A DNA stretch of 64,000 nucleotides from an uncultured Verrucomicrobiae bacterium (GCA_963769025.1 CAVYKI010000009.1:384001-448000), one strand, 5' to 3'; numbered from the stretch's first letter, positions 34,452-45,939 are shown. Notes: generated by a model not told the origin, from the sequence alone. Numbers and translations: made by a program.

Positions 34452-34954
34452 TATCCTGGGCGACCCGGAATTCTGACGTCGAGGCGTTGGTGCGGCTGTT
34501 CGTCGACAACACAGACTCGGTGTATATCTCACACGGGGAGATCCAAGGCGGAAGAGCGGTATCGATAGGTGAATGGGCTACCGACTTGGAGCGGGTGCTT
34601 GCTAATGAGTTTTCCGGAATTCTTGATGGATCTCCCAGCGGTTCAAGCTGGCGAGGATTGCTCACAGCCGCTGACGGAGGCAAGCACGTCGGATTAATGG
34701 TAGTCTCGGCCACGAAAGAATGCAAAGGCAGGCCGTATGCGACGCTTGAAGACATCGTTGTCGCGAAGGACGCACGGGGCAGGCGCATTGCCTCATTGAT
34801 GCTCGCCGCGTTCGAGCAGCACCTTAGGACAGAAGGAATTTTTCAGATCTTCCTGGAGTCCAGCATCCAAAACACGGGAGCCCATAAGGTTTTGAGCCAT
34901 TTGGGATTTGAAGCTTGTTCTGTCGTGATGGCCAAGACCATTGCACGTCATTGA
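34436..34954 (+). CDS. GNAT family N-acetyltransferase, low GC
   Basis: Acetyl-CoA motif A LEDIVVAKDARGRRIAS; LESSIQNTGAHKVL..LGF. Confidence 0.85.
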   Translation: MGSVVISWATRNSDVEALVRLFVDNTDSVYISHGEIQGGRAVSIGEWATDLERVLANEFSGILDGSPSGSSWRGLLTAADGGKHVGLMVVSATKECKGRPYATLEDIVVAKDARGRRIASLMLAAFEQHLRTEGIFQIFLESSIQNTGAHKVLSHLGFEACSVVMAKTIARH

Positions 34955-35000
34955 GCCGAATGCGTCATCCGCTGCCGTTGTCACCTAGCACTTCAATAAT

Positions 35001-35924
35001 TTGAGCTCCGTTGTAACGCCGATCACATGTGGTTCCTGTGGGGGCCCATCAAGGGTAATGGGAACCGAAGAGTTCCGTTGCAACTACTGCGGGTCGCGAA
35101 ACAGGGTCAATCAGGAGGTAGTGCTCTTTGTCGATCGGCACCGTGGTTTTGCCTCCGGACCGGCGAGACTCGTAGAGCCGCTCACAGGTTTGGTTCAGGC
35201 CATCGCCTCGTTGAGGTCTCGTAAAAGTGCTGATATGGACCGACTGGCTTCACAGCTCCGGGCCATTCTCAAGGAGCATGAGGAAGCGGTTTCTTTTTCG
35301 AACGCGGCCAAGGCAAATATGAGTGAAGCGCGCACCCGCGCCGAGGCCGCCATTTTCCGTGCTGCATTCGCACTTATCTCCGTAATTCTAATATTTCTGT
35401 GGCTGCAAGGGGCAGTCCAGCTCCCTTGGTATAAGAAAATTCTGCCGTTAATCGTTACCGGGATGATTGTTTGCGCTGGAGGGGGGGCGAGTATTGCGGC
35501 GGCATTGCTCTCATTGTTCAGCTACAAGGTGGGGGTTTTGGCGTGCGCGGTCGCTGGATCTTGGAGTTTACGTGAGTTTTGGTATTATCCCACTTTGGTC
35601 AAGGCAGCCTCGAAAGCCTGCGACATCAAAGAGAGCGAGCTCACGACCGCTGAACGCGAACTTAAAGCCAGGGCCGAGGAGGTATTTGCAGCTCACCGAC
35701 CTCTGATTTCTGTGGCATTGGAGTTTCTTAATTGTCTGTATGTCTTTCGTGCGTTGGAAGATGAAATTCCTATTGGCGTGAGAATGGATCATGCAGTTTC
35801 CGCCTTGAACGATATGACCTTCAGTTCGATTGTAGAAGACTGTGAAGGGTTGAAGAATGTTATCGAAAGAACGGAGAGCGCGCTGAAACTCAGCCTTGAT
35901 GACGTCAAGTTTCGAAACACCTAG
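35001..35924 (+). CDS. Hypothetical zinc-ribbon membrane protein, low GC
   Basis: TTG start; CGSCGG...CNYCGS ribbon; central TM helices; coiled-coil segments. Confidence 0.68.
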   Translation: MSSVVTPITCGSCGGPSRVMGTEEFRCNYCGSRNRVNQEVVLFVDRHRGFASGPARLVEPLTGLVQAIASLRSRKSADMDRLASQLRAILKEHEEAVSFSNAAKANMSEARTRAEAAIFRAAFALISVILIFLWLQGAVQLPWYKKILPLIVTGMIVCAGGGASIAAALLSLFSYKVGVLACAVAGSWSLREFWYYPTLVKAASKACDIKESELTTAERELKARAEEVFAAHRPLISVALEFLNCLYVFRALEDEIPIGVRMDHAVSALNDMTFSSIVEDCEGLKNVIERTESALKLSLDDVKFRNT

Positions 35925-36005
35925 TTGAGTAGCTGCAAGAATATCCGCCACGCAAGTAGTGCGCTGGATGGCTTGTTGTCCACTGCAGGCTTCCCGGAGC
36001 GGGCG

Positions 36006-39000
36006 CTAGCGGTTGAAGAGGAACGCGGGTGTGTTTACGAGCGCCCAGACGAGATCCTGCGCGCCGGTGAGTCGGGGGTTCGCGAGCTGGGTCTTGCTCT
36101 GCGCGGCGTCGGCGCGGAGCTGGAGGAGCTTGGGATCGATGCGGATGGGGAGCTCGGCCTTGGCGAGGACGGCGCGGCGGTCGATAACGCCCGGGTCGGT
36201 CGGCAGCGGGAATTGGTTCTTCGCGAGGGTGAGCCGGCGCTTGCGGAGCTCGGGATCGTTCTCGTTCCAGTACGCGGCGATGGCGGCCTTGTCGTCCTTG
36301 CTGCGGAGTTGCGCGGGCTTCTTCAGCGCCTCGGTGACGGCGATGGGGAGGCCGATGTTGAGAGGCGCATTTCCGGTGGTGACGTAGATGCGGAAGCGCG
36401 CGATGGAGAATCCCGCGGGGCGCGGCTGGTTCAGGTCGAAGCGCAGGCGCAGGCCCTTCTTGTCGTCGCCGATGGGCTTCGCCAATGAGAACGCGGCGTA
36501 GTGCGGCACGCCAAACTGCGGGCTGATGGCCCAGCCGTTGTTGGCGTCGCCCTTCTTGTCGTCGATGGCCTTCGCCACTTCGAAGCTCGCCTGGCTGATG
36601 TCGGCGACGGCGCCGTTGAATTTCGCGTCGTCCGCCTGTCTCGCTGCGCCGAACGGGCCGGTCTTGAGGCCGATTTCGCCGAGCACGAAATTGCCGGCGG
36701 AGTACCCGGGGCCGAAAGCGGGAGCGGCGGCGTCGGTCAGCACCTCGATCATCACTCCGGTGATTCCCGCGAGCTTCGTATCCGCGAGCACGGTGTAATC
36801 CGTATTCCTCGCGGCCGGGCCGCTGGCCTTGATGGAGCCGTCGGGCAGCTTCACGAGTTCGACTCCGCCGGCGGCCTTCGGGTCGATCAGATCGAGCGGC
36901 ACCCAGCCGGTGTAGGTTTTTGCGATGGGCACCGTGGCCTCGAACTGCGCCTGCGCGGCCGCGAGGGTCTTCTGCTCGTAGTCTTTCACCGCGGTGGTCG
37001 CGGCGAGCACGGATTCCTTCCGCTTCTTCTCGGCCTCGGCGACCTTCGGCGCGATTTCCTTTTCGTGCCGGGCGAGTTCCTTCTTCGCCGCGTCGATGGC
37101 CGCGACGCGCTCGGCCTCGTGCTTCGCGATGATCGGGGCCTGCTCCATTTCCTTTTCGTCCAAGACTGCGACCAGATTTCTGTGCTCCTGCTCGATGATG
37201 GCCCATGACTCCAGCGCTTTTGCGATTTCGCCGTCCGTGGCGGGGCGGTTCAGCACGCGGGTGAAAATCTCGTCCACGAGTTTGCGGTCATCGGGCTGTG
37301 CGGTGACGAGCTTTGGCAGTGCATTGCCCGGGTCGCCGATGGCGTCGGCGATGGCCGGGCCGCTGAGGAGCGCCAGTCACGCTGCCGAGGCGCAGGTCGC
37401 TGTTGCGTTCGCATTCGCAGGAACTCTCGCGCGCGGGGCGGCCGGCATTGGCGAGGAAGCCGCTCGGCAGGTCCGACTGCGAATCCGCGAGCATCGAGGC
37501 GCCGACGCCGCCGGGGAGGCGCGAGCTCGCGCCGGTGACCTTCAGCACGGAATCGTAGAGCACTTCCGCGGGCAGCCGGCGCGCGAGCGCGTGCGAGTAG
37601 TTCGTCCGGTCGTCATCGTTCCACTTGTTCGTCTTGAGCGCGAGCTGGTAGGTGCGGGATTTGCAGATCTCGCGCAGCATGTGGCGCACGTCGAAGCCGT
37701 GGCTGATGAATTCCTTCGTCAGGTATTCGAGCAGCTCCGGGTTCGTCGCGGGGTTGCCGGCGCGGATGTCGTCGAGCGGTTCGATGATGCCGGCTCCGAG
37801 CAGGTAGCCCCATTGGCGGTTCACGTAGCTGGAGGCAAAGTAGCGGTTGTCCGGGAGACGTGATCCACTCGGCGAGTTGCTCGCGGCGCGGCAGCGGTTT
37901 TTCGCCTTCGCAGGCGCCTCGATCTTTGCGGGGAAGGGGAACGTGGGCTCGGCGACCTTGTTCGTGCGCAGGTGGATCATCTCGCCGTTCGGCGTGTCCT
38001 TCACGATTTCAAACAGCGCCTTCGCCTTTTCCACCGCGCTGCCCGCGAGCTTCGCGCCGCCTGCCGCGGGATCATCCGCAAACGACACCTGCGAAAAGAA
38101 TGCGCCGAGGTGGTAATACTGATCCTGCGTCCAGCGCTCGAAGGGATGGTCGTGGCACTTGTTGCAGTTGAAGCGCGTGGCGAGGAAAAGGTGCGTCGTA
38201 TTCTCCATCGTCTCCGCCGGGTCGCGGAGGATCTTCCAATAGCTCGCCGCGGGGTTCTCCTTGTTGGAGCCGGATGCGGTGAGGATTTTTTTGACGAACT
38301 GGTCGTAAGGCGTGTTGTCCTCGACCTCCTTGCGGATCCAGTCGCGGAAGAGCTGCACGCCCTGCGCGCCGAGGAACTTCGAGTTCACCTGCAGCAGGTC
38401 GCTCCATTTGTTCGTCGCGTGCTCGATGTATCCTGGCGAGCCGATCAGCTTGTCGATGACCGCGTCGCGCTTCTCGCGCATCGGCGTCGTGTCGGCGAGG
38501 AATGCGCGCACTTCCTCCGCAGTCGGCGGCATGCCGGTGAGGTCGAGATACACGCGGCGCAGGAAGTCGGCATCGCTGCAGACACCGGACGGCTCGATCT
38601 TCATGCGCTGCCACTTGGCGGCGACGAGTTCATCGATGCGTCCCCATGTCTCCGGCTGCTTCCACGTGAAGCCGCTGCGGTCGCCCATCACCGTGACCGT
38701 CGTCGCAGCGTAGTTCCCCTCGTAGCGCGCGAGCACCGGGGCCTCGCCGCGGCGAAGCGTGGTGATGAGGCCGTTGCCCTCGGGCAGCGCGCCCGCGACG
38801 TCGCCGTTGCCGCTCTCCACAAATGCCTCGGCCGTGACATCGCGCGTCTTGCCATCGGAAAAAGTCGCGACCACGCGGAACTGCTGCCACGCGCCCGGCT
38901 CGGGCACGACGGGATTTTTCGGAAACACCTCGATGCTTTTTACCCGCACGACACCGAGGTCGAGCTTCGCGCCGTCGGCGATCCATGCGCGCATGATTTC

Positions 39001-39651
39001 GTAATACTTCTCGCCGAGCTTCGTGCGCTGCCCGCCCTCGTGCGGCACGCCGCTGGTCGCCTTCAGGAGCATCAGCGAATCATCCGGTGACGCCGCATTC
39101 AGGCGCCGGCCCGCGAGATCGTCCTTCAGCGAACGGACGTCAAAAAGCGGATCGTAGCCGCGCAGCGAGAGCTTGAAGCCATACTTGCCGTCCTTCGCGC
39201 CGTGGCACGTGCCGGCGTTGCAGCCGAGCTTCGTCATCACGGGATTTACGTCGCGGATGAAATCCACGGCCACCTTGTCCGTGACGCCGGACACCTCCAC
39301 CGGCGCCGAGGCCTTCTGCCCGGAGAGTTCCACGGTCAGTGTTGCCGTGCCGTTCTTCCGCGCCTCGATGTGTCCGTATTTGGAAATTTCCGCGCAGGCT
39401 CCTCCGAGGCGGAGCGTCGCGAGACGGGTGACATCCGTCAGTTCGCCAGATGCCAGCTTCGCCGTCACGAGCACCTGCGCCGCCGCAAATTTTCCGTCCA
39501 GCGACACCTTTGCCGGCTCGATGGTGAGCGAGACGATCTTCTGCTTCGGCATCGCCTCCGCGGCGGGAGCGGGCATCATCGCTTCCGGTGCCGCATGGAG
39601 CAGCGGCAGGAGCGAAAGGGTGGCGAACAGGGACAGGGAGGCGCGTTTCAT
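36006..39651 (-). CDS. DUF1549/DUF1553 (PSCyt2/PSD1) protein with Ig-like domains; frameshifts near 37375 and ~37860-37900
   Basis: [69 protein letters not shown]. Confidence 0.88.
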
Positions 39652-39900
39652 CGGGAAGGGGTTTGGCGAAGAGAGAACCGGGGTGGCAGGGGACTCTTAG
39701 CATGGACGGAGCGAATGAATACTGCAGATGCGCCCGAGTTCTTCCTTCTCCGCCACCGCCGCAGGATGACGTGCCCAAGTGAGGCGTTTCCGGGACCAAC
39801 ACCGGATTCCAAGGATGGCGCGATCCCGCGCCGGTGAGCCGGGGAGCAAGCGGGGACGGAGCAGCCCGGCCACCCGCGTTCCCGGCACCACGCGATCCTG

Positions 39901-40950
39901 CTATTTGTCTGGAGTGCCCTGCCTGACGGCTTCCTGCAACATCCCGAAAACGGAGGTCACCACGCTGGGAATGTTGACGATGTCGGGATCGACGCTCCGG
40001 AGCCATTCGGTGAACTTGTCTTTGTTCCCGGAGGTGGATGTGGTGCGCTCGCTGAGGCCTTCGTCGGCGACGGCGATGAGGAATTCCTTGAGGTGCCGCT
40101 GATGGACGTCCTGCAGGTCGATGAAGATCGTGAAGAGCGCATCATCGAGCTTCTTGTCGACCCACATCTCGGCCGCCTTGCGGATGAGGTTGCCGGTGGC
40201 GGTGCTGGATTCGGCGTTCCGGAGCTTGAATCGGCCGACGAGGAAAAGCACGAGCTGCGCGCGCGCCTCGCTCTGGGCGCGCTCAAGCTCGCTCGGGGTC
40301 ATGCTTTTGAGTTCGATCCATCGCTTTGAAAATGTGGGCCGGTAGGCGCCATTCTCCACGGAGCGGTCGTTGATGGCGTGGATGCACGACGCGAGCGTGA
40401 TGGTCGTGCCGACGCAGTCCGCCTGGCGGTAGTGGACGGCGGCAGTGTCGGCCTGCCGGAGTGCGTGGATGAGGACGGGCTGGAACTGGCGGATTTTGGC
40501 GTTGATACGTTCGATTTCCGTGCGGCAGTTGTCGGCGTTGCGAAGGGCATTGCTGACGTTCACGGTATTCGGCTGCCCGGTGAGACGGTTCGGCTTTTTC
40601 CATTCCTCCGCCGCGCGTTCCCACTGGATGATGCGTTTGTTCAGCTCCCCGATTTCGGCCTTGGGCTGGGTCACCAGCTTCCGTTCGTTGCCGAAGATGT
40701 CCTCGATGATGTTGGCAAGGCCGAGGAGGACGTTCCTGTCCGCGATTTTTGGATTTTTGCCCAGCGTCCTGAGTTCGGCTGCGGTCTTGGCAATGGTCTG
40801 GTAATCCGCAAATGCGAGGTTCCGGAGCAGCGAACTGATGCTGGCGGATTCGAGGAGCGGCTTGAACGTTGCCTGTGTCTCGCCGTGGGCAGGTGCGATG
40901 GCGGTGAGGACGAGTGCGGCGATGCAGGCGTAATACGTTCGGGTATTCAT
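39901..40950 (-). CDS. Hypothetical secreted helical protein
   Basis: Signal peptide MNTRTYYACIAALVLTAIAPAHG; 349-aa open frame; TTGACA-17-CAATCG upstream. Confidence 0.65.
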   Translation of the reverse strand: MNTRTYYACIAALVLTAIAPAHGETQATFKPLLESASISSLLRNLAFADYQTIAKTAAELRTLGKNPKIADRNVLLGLANIIEDIFGNERKLVTQPKAEIGELNKRIIQWERAAEEWKKPNRLTGQPNTVNVSNALRNADNCRTEIERINAKIRQFQPVLIHALRQADTAAVHYRQADCVGTTITLASCIHAINDRSVENGAYRPTFSKRWIELKSMTPSELERAQSEARAQLVLFLVGRFKLRNAESSTATGNLIRKAAEMWVDKKLDDALFTIFIDLQDVHQRHLKEFLIAVADEGLSERTTSTSGNKDKFTEWLRSVDPDIVNIPSVVTSVFGMLQEAVRQGTPDK

Positions 40951-41163
40951 TTGGTGCAGGTCAGTGATTCCAATCTTTGGAGGGATTCCTGCGCTCGATT
41001 GCAGAGAAACGAACTGAATGTCAAAAATGAACGGCATTCCGAGTGCGTGAGCGACTGGCATTCGCGCCGGACCCGCGGCACGCACGGGAAGGAAAGGCTT
41101 GCCGCCGTGATCCCCCTAAGACAAACGGAGCGCCCGCATTCATTCCGCCACACCCTCAATCCC

Positions 41164-42006
41164 ATGAAACGCTCCTCCTTCCTCGCCCTCGTCATCGCAG
41201 CCACGCTCGGTCTCCCCGCAATTGCCGCGGAGAAGGCGAAACCGCTGCGCGTCCTGCTCATCACCGGTGGCTGCTGCCATGACTACGTGGCGCAGAAGGA
41301 CATTCTGAAAAAGGGAATCGAGGCGCGTGCGAACGTGCTCGTGGAGCAGATGCACACGGACGACAAGAGCGTGAAGCCGCCGCTCCCGCTGTATGGGAAC
41401 CCGGATTACGCGAAGGGCTTCGACGTGGTGATCCACGACGAGTGCTCGGCGGGCATCTCGGACCCGGCGGTCATCGCGGGCGTGCTGAAGCCGCACGCGG
41501 ACGGACTGCCCGGTGTGAACCTGCATTGCGCGATGCACTCGTACCGCTTCGGCGATTTCCAGAAGCCCGTCACGCCCGGCGCGGACAATGCGCACTGGTT
41601 TGAATACCTCGGCCTCCAGTCCACCGGCCACGGCCCGCAGGAGCCGGTCGCGATCACCTTCACCGCGAAGGACTCGCCGATCGTGAAGGGTCTCGAGGAC
41701 TGGACGACGATCAAGGAGGAGCTCTACAACAACATCCAGATGCTCACCGGCAAGGAACTCGCGAAGGGCAAGCAGATCACGAAGGCCAAGGACGGGACGA
41801 CGAAGGAGACGGAGACGGTCGTGGCATGGACAAATGAATACGGACCGAAGAAGACGCGCGTCTTCAGCACGACGATCGGCCACAACAATGCCACTGTGGA
41901 AGACGCCCGGTATCTCGATCTCGTGACGCGCGGCCTGCTCTGGTCCGCTGGCAAGCTGAACGACGACGGCACGCCCGCAAAGGGCTACGGCCCCGGCGGG
42001 AAGTAG
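41164..42006 (+). CDS. ThuA-like (trehalose utilization) domain protein
   Basis: Signal peptide; LITGGCCHDY, HDEC, LHCAMHSY, EELY, VAWT, TTIGH. Confidence 0.85.
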   Translation: MKRSSFLALVIAATLGLPAIAAEKAKPLRVLLITGGCCHDYVAQKDILKKGIEARANVLVEQMHTDDKSVKPPLPLYGNPDYAKGFDVVIHDECSAGISDPAVIAGVLKPHADGLPGVNLHCAMHSYRFGDFQKPVTPGADNAHWFEYLGLQSTGHGPQEPVAITFTAKDSPIVKGLEDWTTIKEELYNNIQMLTGKELAKGKQITKAKDGTTKETETVVAWTNEYGPKKTRVFSTTIGHNNATVEDARYLDLVTRGLLWSAGKLNDDGTPAKGYGPGGK

Positions 42007-42015
42007 GCGCCGCGC

Positions 42016-43114
42016 TCAGCGCGGCCTCAGCGACGGAATCGATCCAGGCATAGGCCTGCTCGCGGATTTCCGGCGGGAAATCGTGTGCGCAGTCGGGATG
42101 AAGAACGCGGAGATTTTCCGCGGCACCGTGCAGCCTGAAGACGGGCAGGGCGGCTTTGACGATGTTGTCCACGCTCTGCCATTTGAAGTTCGAGTCGCCG
42201 AGCGGCGCGCTGATGAGCACGCGGCGCGGGGCGAGCGCGCCGATGAGTTCGTGGAAGTCGAACGGGATGTCCGCGAGGCGGCCTTTGTAATTCGCGAGCC
42301 TCGGCATGTAGCGGTCCTGGCACCAGCCCTTGCCATGCTCCCAGAGCTCCGGCTTTCCGCCGTAGTAGTCGAGGTAGGAATCCAGCCCGCAGCTCGATAC
42401 GACGACCTTGATGCGCGGGTCGAAGACCGCGGTGTACACCGAGTTGTGCCCGCCGAGCGAATGGCCGATCGCGCCGTACGAGCCGGCCTGCACGAATGGC
42501 AGCGAGTCGAGCAGATCGAGGCCGCGGATGTTGTCCCAGATCGCCTTCATCGTGCCGCTCGCGTAGCCGAGCGCCTTCAGGTCCGGCTGGTAATCGGCGA
42601 GCTGCGGATAGGCGGGCGCCAGCGTGACGTAACCGCGGCGCGTCAGTTCCAGCGCGTAGGCGCGGTTCGTCGCGTGACCTTCTTCGACGACGACGCGGTT
42701 GCCGACGACGTTGTTGGTCCCATGCAGGCAAAGCACGGCGGCGAGCTTCGTTTTCCCGTCGAGCGCGGACTTTGGGATCAAAAGGAACGCCTTGGCGCGA
42801 CCGCCGGGCTCGCTGGCGTAGGTGATTTTCCGGCGGACGTGGTCGCCGGCGTCGATTTCCTCCTCGATCTGCATGTCGAGTGCGCAGCGTTTGTCCGGGC
42901 CGGGCAGGGGACCCATGACTTCCTGCATGCCGGCCAGGATTTCCGTGCGGCGCCTCTGCCAGTCGGCAGCGGTCTGCACCTTCGAGGTTTTTCCATCCGG
43001 CGTGTGAAATGTGAGGAGATCGTTCCGATCCAGACGGGGCGGATTGGCAGAGTCAGCGGCCGGGACGCTGTGGAATGCGGCGCACAGGAGCAGGAGGGGG
43101 AGTCTTGAGGGCAT
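42016..43114 (-). CDS. Secreted alpha/beta hydrolase (dienelactone hydrolase / esterase-like)
   Basis: LCLHGT, nucleophile elbow GHSLGG, APR, HDF. A probable extra base at ~42032 would give the end DSVLRPR* at 42016. Confidence 0.83.
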
Positions 43115-43128
43115 TGCGGTTTGCGGGT

Positions 43129-44514
43129 TTACTTTGCCGCGTGCTGGAACTGCGCGGGAAGGATTTCGCCGACTGCGCCGATGATGAGCTCCTCGACCTG
43201 CGGCGCGAGCCTCGTCGGGCGGTCGTAGTAAAGCATCGCGCCGGCGGCCTCGTAGCCGCCCTCCGCCCAGACCCGGCGCGAGGGGATATAGCATGGCACG
43301 TCATTCGAGTAAGCATTCACCCACAGCTTCTTGCCTAGGAAATCACGCTTGATGCGCAGGCTGTAATCCACGACGACTTCGCCGGGGAGGAACACCATCG
43401 CGAGGTCATTTCCAAAGCTCCATGTCTGCACGGAATAGGGAAGTTCGGTCATGAGCTTCTCGCCGCGGTCCAGCCGTTCGAGCTGCTTCTTTGCGTGGTA
43501 GGCATTGCTGCCCCTGGCCTCGACGCGCTTCTCGAATTCCTCCCTCGTCGGCAGCGTGTCGAATGGCAGCGGGAAGCGCTTCATCCGGCAGTCGAGCGTT
43601 GTCGGCGCGAGCGGCTGCATCTTGCCTTTCACAACGCGCTCCGTCTCCGTGGCGAGCGCGGTGCCGTGCTGGTTCGCGAGTTCGTAAGTGCCGCGCGGAT
43701 TCGGGTTTTGATCGCCTCCGCAGCCGATCGCCGTGAGCGCGATGGCATCGGGGAATGCCTTCTCGATTGCCTCCTGCGCGCAGCCGGCCCAGTCGCCGTG
43801 GATGCGATTGAATCCCGTCGTCGTGCAGTGGCACGCGTAGCCCGTGAGGACTGCGATGATTTTCCCATCGGCAGACGTCACGCGCAGCACCGGGAGCGCG
43901 TGGTCGGTGGGCCCCTCGGGGTTGGGCTTGTTCGCGTAGCCCGTCGGAGTCGGGAAGCGCCGGTTCATCGCAAAGCCGACCTCGCCATTCGCCCACGCAA
44001 CGTCGCACGGCCTGGCGGATGCGATGGCGGCGAGCGCGACCTGTTCGAGTTTGTCGGTCGTTTCCTTCGTGTAGCGCATGATGCGCGCGGCGTGATCCTC
44101 CGGGATGTCCGCCCCGAAAAGCGTCGAGAGCACGCCGCCGATCATCGGTGCGGAATGTGTGTGGCTCGAGCACAGCGCGACGCGCTCATCCGGCACGCCG
44201 GCTTTCGCCTTCAGGCGCCGCGCGACTTCATCGCGGACGTGGCCGGGCACTCCGCAATTGTCCACCGTCAGGATCACCGCCATCGGCCCGTCGCCCGCAC
44301 GCAGCGCGAGCGCCTTTGCAAAGATGCGCTGCTCGATTCCCTCAAACTCCGTCTTGCGCCCGCCGTAGCCGCTGAGCCGCACGGGGTAGTCGGGAGTGAT
44401 GTCCACCTTCGCCGCCCCGCCGGTCCAGCCCGGCTCTGCGGCGTGAAGCGGGACTTGTGCAACGGCGAGAAACAGGAGCGCGGTGAGGACGATTCGGGGA
44501 ACGGTGGTGATCAT
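43129..44514 (-). CDS. Neutral/alkaline non-lysosomal ceramidase N-terminal domain protein
   Basis: AKVDITP, LSGY, SHTHSAP, NRR, YACHCT, GCGGDQNP, PGEVVVDY, YIPS, GGYE. Confidence 0.85.
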   Translation of the reverse strand: MITTVPRIVLTALLFLAVAQVPLHAAEPGWTGGAAKVDITPDYPVRLSGYGGRKTEFEGIEQRIFAKALALRAGDGPMAVILTVDNCGVPGHVRDEVARRLKAKAGVPDERVALCSSHTHSAPMIGGVLSTLFGADIPEDHAARIMRYTKETTDKLEQVALAAIASARPCDVAWANGEVGFAMNRRFPTPTGYANKPNPEGPTDHALPVLRVTSADGKIIAVLTGYACHCTTTGFNRIHGDWAGCAQEAIEKAFPDAIALTAIGCGGDQNPNPRGTYELANQHGTALATETERVVKGKMQPLAPTTLDCRMKRFPLPFDTLPTREEFEKRVEARGSNAYHAKKQLERLDRGEKLMTELPYSVQTWSFGNDLAMVFLPGEVVVDYSLRIKRDFLGKKLWVNAYSNDVPCYIPSRRVWAEGGYEAAGAMLYYDRPTRLAPQVEELIIGAVGEILPAQFQHAAK

Positions 44515-44613
44515 GGGGGGCGCGACGGCGTCGCAAAGAATGAGAACCGGAGCTCCGCCCAAATGTTGGCCGATTCCTCGCGCAGCCGCGCGCCGCACCG
44601 GCGCGGGTGCCCG

Positions 44614-45318
44614 CTATTTCGCCGTGCGCGGCGGCAGATAGACCCGGCGCCGCTCGATCCTCGCTCCACGGGCGAGGAAAAACGCGCGCACATCGTCTTC
44701 CATGTGCCGGCCGTCGGGCAGGACATTCAGGTCGAACTGCAGTCGACCGCTCGGCGTGAGCCGCGACTCCGCGTCCTTCACGAAATAGTCCCACTCCGGG
44801 ACGCCCCAGTGCGAGCCGTCGTCGCGGCGGTTGAAGCACGTCATGTGCGCCGTGATGAGATCGAACGGCGCGCCCAGATCCGGGAGCGGCTGAAACGCGT
44901 GGATGGAGTGGATGGTCCGCGGGATTCCGAGCAGTGCGAGCATTCCGCGGAAGACAGGCTCCACGTCGAGATCGAGCCCGAGCACGTCGTGGCCGAGGCA
45001 TTTTGCGACGTGCAGAAAATATCCGGTGCCGCAGCCGACATCGAGGATGCGCAGCCGCGGCGGCGCCTTGCGGATTCGCAGGTCGCGGACGCGCTTCACG
45101 CTCGTGAGCATCCATTCCTCGACGTTGAGATATTTCGCCGGCAGCACGCGCTCGCCGGGCGTGTAATATTTTGCCCGCAGCTTTTCGACGCCGTCGCGGT
45201 CGATCGGCTCCATGAACTGCCGCCAGTCGAGCGGATACGCCATCCGGCGCACTCCCGCGGCGAGGCTGTGCCATCCATCGGAGCCAAAAACTTTCCTGAT
45301 TTTTTCTGCGAACGTCAT
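44614..45318 (-). CDS. Class I SAM-dependent methyltransferase
   Basis: ILDVGCGTGYF, GLD, FDLITA. Confidence 0.85.
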   Translation of the reverse strand: MTFAEKIRKVFGSDGWHSLAAGVRRMAYPLDWRQFMEPIDRDGVEKLRAKYYTPGERVLPAKYLNVEEWMLTSVKRVRDLRIRKAPPRLRILDVGCGTGYFLHVAKCLGHDVLGLDLDVEPVFRGMLALLGIPRTIHSIHAFQPLPDLGAPFDLITAHMTCFNRRDDGSHWGVPEWDYFVKDAESRLTPSGRLQFDLNVLPDGRHMEDDVRAFFLARGARIERRRVYLPPRTAK

Positions 45319-45352
45319 TGGCGGGGCAGCGTTGAAGTGAGGCCTTGGGCGG

Positions 45353-45860
45353 TCAAGGCGATTTCACTGCCGCGTGTGCGACTTGCGCCGGTTTTTCCTC
45401 GCGGCGCTTGAAGTTGAGCTTGCCGCCAAAGTTCCCGCTTTCCCGCCAGCCGAGGTAGAAGCGGCAGTGCTTTCCCGAAAATGAAACGAAGGGCAGCGGC
45501 AGGATGCGATGTCGGGTCCAGGCCCAGTTCCATCCGCCGTCGGGCGCGAAGACTTCCGAGGGGATATCTGCCGGTGCGCGTCGTGGGCTTGTCGGTCACG
45601 CCGATGACGTAGTGGGTGAAATTGTGCAGCGGATTCCGCAGCTGCCAGGCGGTCCTCCGGCTCGGCGAACCGGGCCGGTACCACGCAGGCGGCTCAGGAT
45701 CGTCGGCATTGCCAAAGCTCCAGAGCGGATTCCACTTTTGCACCGTGCGGATGGGCGGCGAATGGACCTTGCCCGGTCGCGTGACGGTCGTGGGGCGCGC
45801 ACAGCCGGCGACGAGGGCGAGAAGGACGGACAGGCACGTGAGGCGCAGGCGTGAAGGCAT
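45353..45860 (-). CDS. Hypothetical lipoprotein (one frameshift ~45562)
   Basis: LVAGC lipobox; Trp-rich domain WNPLWSFGN..RNPLHNF continues in another frame as SEVFAPDGGWNW...FYLGWRESGNFG to a TGA at 45353. Confidence 0.62.
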
Positions 45861-45939
45861 GGGGTTCGTGCACAGTGCCACGGAACATGCGCTGGCAAAG
45901 GCTGAAGGGGCGGTCGGCGCGGCGCGGCGCAGCGCGTGG

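Noticed and set aside
31681..35998. att-like direct repeats bounding the island (CTTCCCGG; CTGGATGGC)
   Set aside because: Only 8-9 bp in GC-rich DNA, with no integrase or tRNA; expected by chance.
41864..42016. Apparent 143-bp tail-to-tail overlap of the hydrolase and ThuA genes
   Set aside because: Removing one base near 42032 ends the hydrolase at 42016.
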